Of a stretch of 64,000 nucleotides of DNA, positions 36,705 through 50,484 are shown piece by piece. Both the position numbers and the translations under genes were made by a program. Every line of letters starts with the position of its first letter. The stretch's first letter is position 1. This DNA comes from Utricularia gibba (Eukaryota > Plantae > Magnoliophyta), in contig NEEC01000012.1 in NCBI GenBank assembly GCA_002189035.1, forward strand, positions 1,922,001-1,986,000, read 5' to 3'. The notes beneath the pieces were generated by a model. That model was not told the DNA's origin. It did no database searches and worked only from the letters and a program-made list of their open reading frames with translations.

Positions 36705-39700
36705 AACCAAGGCAGCTTGTATTGTACTCTGGTGTGGTGTGGCGGTGCTGGAGTCGTGCGCACCAGCTTACTCGCCATTGTGACGCTTTACTTTCAAGTT
36801 GAACACAATAAACGCGTATGCATGATTAAGGATCATGGTAAAACGAGCCTAAAATTCAAGTATATAATAAACGTGAATTACAATATAAAAAATCAGATTC
36901 AATATATTATTAATTATCTATAATTTATTATATACTTGATTATATCAATATTATTTTTTAATGTGAAATTATGTATTCTAACAGTTAATAATGGTTAAAC
37001 GCAACCCCTAGACTCTATTCCTTCGGGTCTTTTCAAAAAGTGATCATCATAATTTTATTTCTCACATACTAAAAACAATTTTATGTATATATTGGTCATT
37101 TTTCTCACACAATTTTTTAATACATCACTTCTCTATATCCGACTTCAAAGGTTAGCGACAGTGTTTTAAAAATGGTAAAAAGCCATAGCTTGAAGTTGAA
37201 AAGGTTCATCCATCAATAAATTTTTCACCATTTTTCTGATATTAATCCGGGATTTATAAATATTTAAATGAATTAAATTGAATCTAATATCGAATTAAAT
37301 CCATAATGGGAAAAATGGATCACACCCATTTTTTTCTATTTAAATATTACTATCCAAAACAAAATGGGAGCACATGTGATCAAAAGTTGCCTTGGGGTGA
37401 ATATGAGGTCACCGCATTTATATTAATACTATTTTTGGGTTCAACACCTTCTTACAAATAAGGAACTTTTCTAAATTTATAATCTGTTGGTTCAATACTA
37501 TTTCTGTCTAGATGTAGAAGTTGTTTCAAAGATGCCTTTTATGTGGTGGAAGTACGGAATGGAGTATAAACCTAATGGTTGGCTGGTCTGTCTTTCTATC
37601 AATTCAATTTATTTAGAAAAATGGTCATCCATACAATCTTTATCATATAGTGAATTAAAATTTTTACATTATTTTTATCACACACTCAAGATTATATGAC
37701 CCCATTTCTAATAGACCGCTCTAAATCTATTGTAATAATTATAATGGAACAAGAGGTGGGTATTAGAGTGATAGTTTATATAAAGAAGTATTCTTTAATC
37801 TTACATGAGACATTTTTTTCAAAATAATAGATCGTAAAATTGTGAGAATTGAATATTAAAGCAAATAATATTATGCAAGTCGAGGATGTGCCATTATATT
37901 TGGTATTAGAATCAAATTCAAACTTGTAACCAGCAATGGGACAAACCTCAACGAGGCGAATCCCACATCAATAACAGATGACGTACAGGAACAATTTATA
38001 TTAAAGGATCTTCCTTAATTTTGTATGAGATTTTTTTCCGAGAAAAAGAAAATATAAAATCGTGAGAATTGAATATTCAAAACATACAATATTTTGTAAG
38101 AGGAGAATGAATAGTTACATTGATAACCACATATTTAATAGATGACTTTCAATCGATTGTAATAATTATAATGGAACAAGAGGGGTAACGTGAAGGCTTA
38201 GTACAAGTGTGTTAGCGACAGTTTGGATGGTAGTAACGCTGGTCAAGATGCCCCCAAATCCAAATCCAAATCCAAGTGCCAAAATGTGACTGCTGGGCCT
38301 CTAGGGCTTGATTTCGACAACTTTCCTGTCCTGCTCGCTCCCTCTCCTGTCTTACGCCGTGTTTGATTGAGAGATTTAAAATATAGGAGAATACTTTAAT
38401 AGAAATATATAGATGAGATGAAATGTGTTTGATGGATGGAAAATAAATTATTTATATAAAAAGTATAATTATATCATCATAATTTTGTAATGTAAATAAC
38501 AAAGTAAGAAGTAAAAGGTTTAAAATATCAAGCAAGCCATTAATATATCTAAAACTTAAGAATCTTAATCTCAGCCCTTTATAAATCTTATGGGTCGGTT
38601 CTATAATTTGAATTGTACTTGAGATTATATAAGATAGAATCAATTTTAAGATTTTAAAATTATGTCGTATAAAATTATATTATATTAAATTATTTATAAT
38701 TTAATTTTATGGTATAAATGTATTTTTAAAATAAATAAAAAATAATTAATCTCTTATTTAATCATTGAAATAAATATTCAATAATTTCTTAATTTAATCA
38801 TAAAAACTAAATTTTTGATTTAATTATATAACAGTTAAAGATTAAAATCTTCAAAAATTAAATAGAATCGCACAAGCCCTATCTCATTTTTTACATATTG
38901 GGTTATGATATACCTACTAACATTTCTCCCCTAAAAAACACCCATCCAAAAGGAATTGCACAAATGGAAAAGAATGGATTGAATGCAGCGAGCGTAGAAG
39001 ATTTATGGAAATTTTCTTCTATCTCCTTCAAAGAATGCTACTAAACATTATACATCCAATAAGAAAGAAAACTCTATATTCTCTTTCTACACACCACTCA
39101 AACTCAAACTGGTAATCCTCTAGTTTGGCAACATGGAAACATGTGTGTCCCATGATGTCAATGAACAAAACAATCAATTTTGGTTTGATTGATGATCTAA
39201 GAAAGTGGAGGATTATCATAAGGTGATTGATGGGTAGATTCTTATGCATGAATTCCAACATGCCCAACAATCCATGTAGCTTGAAACTCAAAATGTATGT
39301 AGATTTAGGGTTTTGTCAAATGTGTAGAGTGAGTTTAGGTTATACCAAGTTTTAGATCCGGGTCGGGTTCTTTTTTTTCTTTCTTTCTTGTTCAAATGCA
39401 TACTACGTATGACACGGTTTAATCCGAATCATACGAGTAATATTTAGTATTCAGGTTTTAGGGCTCGGACAAATAGTTGCACAAGACAACCTTTTGTTTA
39501 TGTTCTTTCTTGCATGTCTATTCAATATTGATGGTCGAGATCTACTACCAGATGGAAGTTGTGTTTTATTAGACTTGTGGATCGCGCTCTGCACAAATGT
39601 GTGGACTCGAGATGATGATGCACAGATAAGGAAATCTGATAATAAAAAAGAACCCAATGTTTTAAATCGTCAAAAAAAACTATGAATCACTTATATAAAC

Positions 39701-41763
39701 GATCAGAGACTTGGATAATTCAATCGTGATTGAATCGTTTATTTTTTTTTCTACGTTAAATCACAAGTGCATATTATGTTTAAACAAAACATTTTTAAAA
39801 TTTCTATAGAAGTATAGTAATCTTGGATCATTTAGAAAAATGACCATTGATATTTTCTATATCATACACTCGGACCAAAAAAATACATATAAAATGTTCA
39901 TTTTTTCACACAATATCTTACGTATGACCATTTTTTTTAATTCATCAATTAATCTCTTCCCAATTTTTGTTGAGTTCAAAACCCGAGACAGGAAAAAACG
40001 TGTTGTTGTCCAGACAAATTGGCATCGTGTGACGTAACAAAAACTAGAATTTCGGTGAGTGATCCCCTACACTACGCTGGTCCTGGCATGAAAACAATTA
40101 TGTAAAATGCGACTACTCGACACAGAATTTGATATGACGTTTTTGTAGCTTACTTAGAAGTGGTCCCACTTTCAGACAATGCAAAATGCAACCACTCCAC
40201 CTACAAATATGATTTGGACAACTTCCTTATCATCATCAGAGTGGCTCAGGCTCTTTGTCCATTTGCACTTCAAGGTTAGAAACTCAATGAGGAGCTGACG
40301 GTCTCAATGAGGAGCTGGTTTTGGGCCATTCCTTTCTCACAGTATCAGTCTCAACACAAAGCCCAGACACTAACCTTTGCTGTGATGGCACCAAAACTTG
40401 CATGGTTGCATATAGACTTCAGGGGAGTAGGTGGAGTCCAACTTGATTCCTGGGTAGTCCAATTTTCAGTTCATATAGAAATCACAGACTGCTGTTGAGA
40501 AGGAAGAAGACGCTGGATGACTAACTGTCCAGCAAGAAGATTTTTGAATGTCTTCTTTCCAACAGAACAATCGAACTTCCTGAAAATTAACTAGCCAAGA
40601 AGGAAAGCATCCTGAAGAAATGATTGGACCTACAATGTCATGAACTTCCTCTGCTGCAAAATTTGCAGCCTTTGCGCCTTGTTCTCAGTGGTTTTTGCAG
40701 CAACCTTAGCATTAAGCCTTGAGAAGGAGCGTGAAGCAGACCAAAAGCTTTAATCCTCTTATTCTCTGCACGGATGGGCCTAACGCTGTCTCCATGTCCG
40801 AATTTTTCAAGCAATGAATGCAGGCAAAGAGTGTGTATATAAAAGGCAATGAGGAAAGGTTGAACAATACAGACCGAGGAATTGGATATAAGAGGAGGAT
40901 GAATATGTCTCACTTGGAAACATCAGGTTAGACTATTGGAGAAATTCAGATGGGATCCAGATATATGCAAAGAGGCAAAGATGGGATTCTTTCAACACAC
41001 ATTGATCCATGAGACCTGAAACACGTTATGGGCATCACAAAATTCTAATTATTACAAAATTAGAATTTTTGGGAACTCTAGACTCAAACTGAATCTCTGG
41101 AGAGTGCTGATTGTGAAACCATAACGAAAACACTAGGCTCAGATAGCTTCCTTCTGTGTAAAAGGGAAAACAAAGGGATTCTTTCAACAGAAATTGATCC
41201 ATGAGACCTAAACACCTTTTGGGCATTACAAAATTCTAGCTATTAATAAAAAAATCTCATCTTCAATAAAAAAAAAAAAAAAACAATCTGGGGGCATATG
41301 AATAACTTCAGGTACCAAACACAGCAACAGAGCTACAATTAAAAAGACAGCATATGCCGCTTTACCAGTCAAACCGAGAAGAAAAATCTCCAAAAACAAA
41401 GACAGCGAACTGAATCCTCCGCTTCAGGAACAGCAGCGGCATGCACAATTTCCATCGAAGGGTTTGCGACAAAAACCTCCATATCGAAAGCCCACCGCAG
41501 GCATCAATTTTCCATTTTCGCCCTCAAATCTTCAGAAAAATACGATTATAACCCAAAAGCTTTACTAAAACACGTAAATTACCCGCAAATGTTGTAAAAA
41601 TAAACTTTTACCCACAAATCTTTCAATAAATGATGAAAAGTGCCCCTAGAATTGAACGGCAAATGCCCACTGGATTCACCTGGAGGACAAATCGATGAAA
41701 CCTCGCCAACAGGATTCCATCTCCGGACTTCGAATTCATCACAAACACTGCACCAGCTCCAGT

Positions 41764-41770
41764 TATATAA
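41764..41770 (+). promoter_or_regulatory. TATA box of the USP gene
   Basis: TATATAA located 79 bp upstream of the ATG at 41843. Confidence 0.5.
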
Positions 41771-41842
41771 CGCAATGGCTTCCTCGCAAGATCTGCGATC
41801 TTGTGCTACAACTGCTGTTTCTCGTTGCAGATTCGAATCAAC

Positions 41843-42713
41843 ATGGGGCGAAAGATTTTGGTGGCGGTGGATCAGAGTGAAGAGAGCGCCCACGCGCTCA
41901 CGTGGTGCCTCAAGAGCTTGATCGATTGCCGCGATACCCTCGTTCTCGTCTTCGCCAAGGAGACTCCCGCTGTATACTCCGCTACGGATTCATCAGGTAG
42001 CTCAGTTAGAGCAAGTAATTTCAGTTACTTTACACTCCGGTGACCGAGAAAAAAAGTGTTGCATTTTTGCTTAGTGATTTCACTTCTCTTTTTTTTCCGA
42101 AGATGATTCGTTGTCCTTAGTAGGACTCCCGGTGTCCTCTAGTATAATCGCGACGATGGAAGGGTACGTCAATGAAATTGCCGCCGGAGTTATGAAGAAG
42201 GCCACCACACTCTGTAAAAAAATCAATGATGAGGTACTCTAGCAAACCTGCTGCTAATACTTCCCATCTACAATGTACTGGTAGTGTGAATCTGTGTACC
42301 AGATTGTACAAACTGTTGAATCATAGAGAGACAATTTTGCATATGCAGGTCATGGTGGAGACGATCGTAGAACACGGTGATCCGAGGGATGTTATTTGTG
42401 AAGTAGCTGAGAGGATGAAGGTGGACTTTCTAGTCATGGGAAGCCATGGCTATGGTCTCATAAAAAGGTGATTACTTTACGATGAAACTTCATACCCACG
42501 TTTAGTTACTTGTAGGTGATCACTGTTATACAAAAAAACATAGCTGGGTATCCATGTTTAGCCATTGGTGATCACTGTTGTTTGGTTAACTTTATGGTGG
42601 TGACCTGAATGTTGGCTTATGAAAACAGGGCTTTTCTGGGAAGTGTGAGCAACCACTGTGCGCATAACGCGAAGGTCCCTGTTCTGATAATCAAGATGCC
42701 GAATAGTAATTAG
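41843..42713 (+). CDS. Universal stress protein A-like (USP), 155 aa
   Basis: Exons 41843-41996, 42124-42233, 42349-42467, 42629-42713; motifs ILVAVDQSEES, GDPRDVICE, LVMGSHGYGLIKRAFLGSVSNHC. Confidence 0.93.
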
Positions 42714-43233
42714 CTTCCTTTGTGCATCACTTTGGTTGTTTATTGGATACAAAATCATTTTGTTTCAATGCAGTTGTTTCTGTAACATCATCCCGATTTG
42801 CTGTAAAGGCACTCTCCTTAATCATCCTGGCTTTAGTTCATCATTTTTTATATGTCTGCCATCTCTGCTCTCGCTGGAAACCAGCAGCTTTTGCAGAAAA
42901 TGCGAACCACAATATCTGAAAACCTAGAAGGGAAGAGGCACATGAAGATGATGATGACCAAGGGCATTATCGTCATCCCCCACGTTTAATGAGAGTTACA
43001 TTTTAAAATAATTAGCTTAAAAAATTAGATTTGTCTTTCTAGAATCAGCAGCATTTGATGTTTTTCAAACAATTTGACTTTTCAAGTGACTGATTCTTGA
43101 AAGACGGTTGACGTTTTAGAATCAAAATGCAAGTGGGTTACGTCACCTTTAATTATGCATAATTTTAATGTTTTTTAAACACAAATTATATATATATATA
43201 TATATATTTTGTATCATTCAAAAACAGTAAAAA

Positions 43234-43236
<3 letters not shown>

Positions 43237-43264
<28 letters not shown>
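43237..43264. repeat. (TA)n microsatellite; others at about 16685-16702, 43188-43206 and 61768-61786
   Basis: Direct reading of the sequence. Confidence 0.85.
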
Positions 43265-43269
<5 letters not shown>

Positions 43270-43543
43270 TATTTTATTAAATTTTATAATATAACTTTAT
43301 GTTATTACAAAACAAAACCTCAAACTGATTCTATTCTACATAACTTAAAACATAACTTAAAATTACAGAACAGACACTAAGAAGGTGTAATTCGTATCAA
43401 AGTTAACAGTTTTCTTTGTAAGTTATCAAATCAATACAAATTTCAAGAACCAAATGATTCTGAGAAGCTCCAGGGAACATATCAAGTGAACAGAGGGAAG
43501 TGATTCCCAGTCATTCATTGGGAACTGGGTGGACGTGATGAGA

Positions 43544-45513
43544 TCACGAGTAGAGTCCACCGATTCGACCGTTGAACCCTGAAGCAGCTACACCATGGGA
43601 ACTGGAAGTAGTAGAAGAGTGGCCACTAAAAGCTTCCCCCCTGATGCTAGTAGAAAACACATCCCTATTTGGTGGGGCGGATGGAGAAGTTATCAATGAG
43701 CCCAGAAGATCTATTCCTGTTGCTCCAGGTGCTGCTGCTGCATTCATGCCATTCTGTCGATTTCCGAAATTCCGGATTTCAAATATCTGGCGATATATCC
43801 TTCTTCTGTTGAAAAGGGTGGAGCCGAATGTTGGTGAAGTTCCTCGCATCTGCGGAGTGGAGCTTCTAGGTGATGGAGTTGGGGGAGTTTCTGGAACATA
43901 CGCCTCGTTGAGATCAAATGGTTCACGAACTGCGTTAGCAGATTGTGAACCAACTGGGGTGGAATGGATATGGTTGCTTGCTCCATTCTCTGGAGCAGCA
44001 GCCGTTGGCCTGCAACCGTTACAATACCAATTCCCCTCTGGTACTTCGTTCAAGCCAACACAGTAGGTGTGTGCTGATGAATCGCAGAGATCACAAAGAA
44101 GCATGACTGCATCATTCCCACCTTGATGGCACTCAGTACAGAGAACATTCTCATAGGGATCAAGATAGCCCCTAAGCTCTTCTTCGGATGGTTGATAAAC
44201 CTGTGATTCCAATAAGGAATAATTATATTTGCACAGGTAGTAGATATACAAGTATTGTGGTCTTCACATTGCAACTAGGTTATTCTAGTTATCATACCTG
44301 ATCCCGCTCAGGAACTGGAAAAATAGCATCTCTAGTGTCATGTATACCATCAGACCGCATCGTCCTCGTGATGGTTGCAAACCTTTGCTTACAGAGGGGA
44401 CAACGAGATTCTACCTTCGACCACTCCATTATGCATGTAAAACAAAAGAAATGGGTGCAAGAACTCAACACTCCTACAGCCTTTCTCTTCCCTTCTTCCG
44501 ATAGGCAAATACCACAAACCTGCTTCACCACTTGCACCTTCATTTCCACCACCTTCTGCTTACCCTTCCTCCCCTGGTCTTTTATTTTTAGAGGTGACTC
44601 TTCCTCTTTCACTGTCTCCAACAAAGTAGATCTCCTCAAACCTGCTGTTGGTCTTTCACAAAATTCATTCGACTCTCTAATAAATTCACTTTCCTCCTCA
44701 GACATTGTAAAGTCCTCATCATCATCATCTTCGTCATCATCATCAGATGAAACTTGACACTCAAAATCAGAATCAGAACTCACGTTTGAATCCCTTCTAA
44801 CACAATTCATGTCCCTGTTTTTCTTTTTTGTGCAGTTCTTTTTCTAGGGTTTAACTTCTTGGCTGAAGTAGATCTATTTCTCTTTGGGACTTGCTTCTTC
44901 TTTGGCTCATCAATGTTTGTTTCCATTTCCTCGGATGGTATAAAATCCACATCATCAGCATCATCATCATAATCTTCCTCATCTTCCACATATTTAGACA
45001 TGCCTTCCTCCCCAGCATTGTGGATACCAGGAAGCCTAGTCCTTGTTTTCTTGAGACGGGGTAGTTTCTTTCTAGGTTTCCTGTCAGTAAATTCATCCCT
45101 TTCTTCTCTAAACCAATCCACATTACAGGAATTTATCTCTTCTTCGGCACCATTACTTTTTGTCCCATCAGAAACGGAAAAAGAATCTGTATATATCTTT
45201 TTCTTTATTGGCTTCATAGGAACTATTTTACCTCTACTCTGAGTCTTTTTTCTCTCTCTTGGCATCCTAACCTTCTCAGTGATCTCTTCTATCCATTCCT
45301 CCTCCTCCTCCACATCCTCTTCCACAAATTCCCCAAACTCTCCTGGGATTCATCCTCTGCAAGCCAAGAGACACAGTCCTCCTCTTCGGATTCATCCAAG
45401 GCCTCATCTTCATCTACTTTGTAATCTTCGTCAGAATCGTCAGAAACAAATTTATCTCCTTGATACCTATTCTTTCTCTTACGCTTGTGTTCTGTTTTCC
45501 CCTCGTTTGCCAT
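43544..45513 (-). CDS. RING-H2 plus PHD finger protein with acidic N-terminus (At3g05670-like); two apparent 1-bp frameshifts
   Basis: Exons 45513-44298 and 44200-43544. RING CGIC...CTHFFCFTCIMEWSKVESRCPLC; PHD CTEC...CDLCDSSAHTYC...WYCNGC. The frame breaks at 45331-45334 (G4 run) and at 44818-44829 (A5/A6 runs). Confidence 0.85.
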
Positions 45514-47481
45514 CTGCACAAGCCACAGGCATTCAAAAAATTAGGAAAATTAGGTATTTTCATGGTCAAGAAGCTTTTACTCAGCCCTCTTTAAATTTCA
45601 ACAAAACAAAGTTGCACATCAGAACAGATCCACTTCATCTACGACGAATCTACGTACTTGAGCGCAAAAACATCAGCCTCAACGAAAGAGAAACAACCAG
45701 TCCCCGGACCCTAAAAGTACATTCAGGAATACTATAGGGCAATAAAAACTGTACCCATAAAAAAACCCTAATTCATCAAAAGCACCTTCTGACAGTCCCA
45801 TCAAAGGACACAATCAAAAGCAACCAACGCGATCTGATTCAACCACCACCAACAAAATCAACAGAAACCCCAGATCCCAATCAATCTAACGAAATCGCCT
45901 TCCCCTCCTCACCAATACGACTGTATATTATTAAAGAACCTTCCATGGGTAAAAATGAAAATACCAAGTCAATGACAAAAACCCATTAACGAGACACAAA
46001 ATAGCACCTTCGATATTGAAAAATTCTTCACACCACAGCCCCTCAATCAGTGCGAATCGGAGGGATTGAAAGAAATTCGAATCCCGATGCAATATCTTGA
46101 GAGTGGCGCAAGCCCAGGAGGGGGAGGGAAGAAACCACAAAAGGGGCTGACTTCTGCAAAAATGTGTGCTTCGCTCTCCCTCGGGACTCTCTTACTCTAA
46201 TATATCTCGGATATATTATTAAACTGAAACGGCCGAAGAAGAAATTCTGTTTGAAATCAAGTTTTAGCATTACATATCTCAATTGTTTTAGTTTTTGATA
46301 TAAATAATCATTCTCTCACAAACCTACATAAATTAATAATATTATTTATTAATACAAAAGCATACCAACAATTTACATAAATTTTTGTCAATTGATGCAA
46401 TATGAAATAAAAAAGGAAACTCGACGACATAAATTTGTAAAGTTTTTAAAATTGGTGGAATTAATCTTCAATCTTTAATGAAAATGACATAATTAATTTC
46501 TATTGATATATTTAGTACTTAAATTTTGATGTACTGAGCACATTTAGTACCCAATTTTTGACATCGAAAACATATTTAGTCTTCATTTTTTTAATTTAAT
46601 CATTTTTTGTTCCTATTATTTAAGTATAATTTATAATTGATCCTTAATTTTTAAAAATCAAATATATTTGATCCCCATTGTTTAATAATTTGACAAAATT
46701 AAATAGTGTTTTAGAAAATTTTTAAAACATATTTTTATTTTTCCAAATTATCTTATAAAAGTATAAATATGAAATAAAAGTAATCAATTTTTTAATTTTT
46801 CAAAAATAACTTTTATAGTATAATTTTAAAAACGTTTATGATAAAATTAATTTTATAATTAAAAATATTCTAAAATAAAAATATTTTTATTTATGAAAAG
46901 TAAAAATAATTTTAAAAAATTTTTCAAAACATTGTTTTAATTTCTATTTTTGCTGACCATCATCGACCACCACCGGCAGCATCCCTGCTAGCGACGGCCG
47001 GAGATCGATTGAAAATAGTAAAATTAAATTGAAGATTGATTTTGCTACTAGTAAAAATAGTGAGAATTATTTTTTACCAATTTTAAAATAGTGAAGACCA
47101 ATTATCAACGGTTATGAAATAGTGGAGATTAACATAATGTTTTAATAAATCAATTATGATATTTAGGTAAATAGTAGTGACTATTGTTGTAATTTTTTCA
47201 AATAAAAAATATATTCTATAATATTTATTATTTTTGAATTCTAAAATTGTGCAATTTATTATTTCTAAGTTCGTGTTCCGTTTCTGGGTCCTTGTGATTC
47301 CTCCCGGTCTGAGGCTCAGCGTACCTGTAATGCAACCGACCTTAGTTCGATCCTGAGCTTCTTCCCAATTCCGGTCGATCGGGAAATTTGACTCTGAATA
47401 CATATCAATCCCAAGTTCTCATCCTTGGATCTAATACCATCTGTAGAGGTTCCTTGCTTTGATTCTTGAAGATTGGTTATC

Positions 47482-49951
47482 ATGGCGACAAGGAATCGGA
47501 CAATTTTGTACAGAAAGTATAGAGATGCATTGAAGAGTGTCAGGTTACCGGCGGGCTCAACGTCTTCGAGCACCGGTGGAGGAGGTCCGGTGATCCAGAT
47601 GTCAACAACCTCTTTTCTTAACCCAAAAAGAACATACGCTCGCTTGGATACCGAAGATCCTGGAACATCTGGGTGCGTTGAACATTTTACCATTTGATTA
47701 GTGCGTGAAATCTGGTACGATGATTGACTGATCATTTGCGGGGATGATATATTCTGCCTTTTTCCTTGCGATACTTCCAAGATCGTGAGTGGCATTTGCT
47801 TTAGGGAGTTGATTTCGAGTAACTCTAGTTGATCTCTGTTAATGTGAATGTTTTTTTCTTGTAGTGATTTGGTCAATGTGAAGTTTTTTATCTTCTTCTC
47901 CGACCTTGGCGGAGTTTATGTCATGGTTCGGTTAATTTCATATCTAGTTTGTGATTATGTGGTAGAATGAAGCCGTTTGTTCCTTGTTTCCGGAGGGTAA
48001 AGTTCATTACCTTATAGGAGCCCATTGATTTGATGTGTTTCCTCTTGTGTGATTGGGCACCATACTTCTGCAAACTCTGATGCCTGTGAATGCGTGGCAA
48101 CTGACAGAAAAATAGTTATAATAGATCAAAAGACGAAGGGAAGAAGACAGCGTTACCTGCCAGGAATTTATCGTGATTGTATACATTAGTTAGATCCTCA
48201 CTAATGTATGGTTTGATGCAATTTTATTCCTAGGATTGTGTTAGGCTCTAAAGATGTGTTTTTGAAGCAGTGTGAGCACAGTGGCAGTTGGTTTGCCACC
48301 CGCCTGGGTGGATGTATCTGAAGAAATTGCAGCAAATATTCAACGCATGAGGCTAAAGATGGCTGACTTGGCAAAAGCTCATGCTAAGGCTTTAATGCCT
48401 TCTTTTGGAGATGGTAAAGAAGACCAACAACGGATTGAATTACTCACAAATGAGATCACAGAACTCTTAAGAAAGTCGGAAAGAAGATTACAAAAATTTT
48501 CTGCTGCTGGACCTTCTGAAGATTCAAATATCAGGAAAAATGTCCAGGTATGAAATTTGTACTGGAATATTTCCCTCTTTTACACCTTCAGAATATGAAA
48601 TAAATTTCTGAATGCTATGAGCAAATGGTTCTAGCAGATGCTGCATTTATATTCACCACCATGAGTTTGTCTAGGCATAGTACTATACCTTCATTTGGAA
48701 GGAGACGGCCATATCAATCTGAGCGTTTTGAGTTTCATGAGACAGTTGTGTTTCCAATTATTGAAGTATTTTCTGCACTTGCAATGATGTGTAGGACTTA
48801 TTGTGCTATCTTCTGCCATTTTTGCTACTCCCGAACATTTTATGTTAGTATTCAATCTTTAGTTCTTTTTGTACTTATGACGTTTATTCTGTTGCAGCGA
48901 TCATTAGCTACTGACTTACAGTCACTTTCCGTGGAGCTACGTAGAAAACAATCCACATATTTGAAGCGACTTAAACAACAGAAAGAGGTGGTCATGATTA
49001 ACTCCGTCTCTGGATCTAGATGTGTATAATTTTGTTGCATATTTTGTCATTTTATTTGAAGTTGATCAATAGATTATATCTCTGTCATACTTATCTTCAA
49101 GTTTTGACAAGTGTTGCTATTTTGTAGAGTTCAGATGGGGTTGATTTGGAGATGAGCTTAAGTGGAAGCCAGTCTAAAAGTGCAGATGATGATTTTGATG
49201 ACGTTGTGAGTAGATAATTCTTGTTTTGCTAATATTTGTTCCGCTTTGGATATAATCTATTCATAATCAAGAGTTTATTGTTGAGCATTAGTAAGTTTCG
49301 TTCATACCTGAGGTGGTGCTTGACGACTCATGCTTCTTTTTGTTCTGTTTAGGGTTTGAATGAACACCAGATGGCCAAACTAAAGAACAGCGAGGTGCTC
49401 ACTGCAGAAAGAGAAAGGGAAATTCAACAGGTGATCAAGATCTGTCACTGCTTTGTCCCTACTTCTCCATCTTTCCCTCTATAACATGTTGCTCCCAGGT
49501 GGTGGAATCAGTTAATGAACTCGCCCAAATCATGAAGGATTTGTCTGTATTGGTGATTGACCAGGTTTATGGCCGCATGCCCCTCTTTTCATGTTATTTC
49601 TGGTGTGGTTTTCACTGAAGGCTGTTGTATCCCTTGAGCAGGGGACCATTGTCGATAGGATAGATCATAATATAGCAAATGTCGCAGCCTCAGTGGAAGA
49701 CGGGTTGAAGCAGCTTGAGAAGGTTCCTGCTTTATCATCTCATATCCTTTTTTTTTTGTATTTTCTTCTTTACTTCTACTTTTATCAATCTTTACGTGGA
49801 GTTGAATGGTAAGACTGATGGCTAGACTCTATGCACATTTCAGGCAGAGAAAAGCCAAAAACAGGGTGGCATGGTTATGTGCGCTACAGTACTGGTAATC
49901 ATGTGCTTTGTGATGCTAGTTCTCTTAATTCTGAAGACTATACTATTCTGA
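47482..49951 (+). CDS. SYP4: Qa-SNARE syntaxin of the SYP4 (SYP41/42/43, Tlg2/STX16) group, 8 exons
   Basis: MATRNRT start, LPPAWVD, KAHAKALMPSFGDG, ESVNELAQIMKDLSVLVIDQGTIVDRIDHN, C-terminal TM segment; GT-AG exons in phase. Confidence 0.93.
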
Positions 49952-50484
49952 GATTTCAATACATCCGATTCTTGTGTAAGTCATACCAGAAGCAATTTTC
50001 CGTTACATCCCAAGTTTCCCTCCTTTAGGTTATAGAATCCACAGGATGATCATGAGACTTTTTGTGCGTTGTTTACTTTCTGTACGTGGTTTATTGATAT
50101 GTTACCTGGATCCACATTTTCAAGTTTTCACCGGCATATTCAAGAATTTTGAACCAGTTGCATCAAAAGTTCTCCAGTTTACGATTCACTTGCTCAAACA
50201 ACCGGATCAGAAACAGTTTGAGGTCTTGAACACATTCCTATCTAGCAAGAACAAGGGAATTGTTCTTAAAATTCCACAGATCAGGAGGTGTACATCAGTG
50301 AAATTACAATGGTATTAATCCCAATTGTTTCACAATTGATAACACGATGATGACTAAAGGATGGAGTGAATACATGATACTTAACCATCCTTGCACTTTT
50401 TGGTTGTAACAAACAACCAAATGGAAGCTAAAGAAGACTTTGGTTAATCAGATAGTAGCTGACTGATGCTTGATCACAGTGATG

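Noticed and set aside
40130-41560. Known conserved miRNA, TAS3 or snoRNA in the unexplained segment
   Set aside because: No match by eye to conserved miRNA families or tasiARF, and no convincing C/D or H/ACA box pair with terminal stem.
44810-44835. Programmed -1 ribosomal frameshift in the RING-PHD gene (AAAAAAG run)
   Set aside because: The run is phased CAA AAA AGA, not X XXY YYZ; a second independent break occurs in a G run; error or mutation is simpler.
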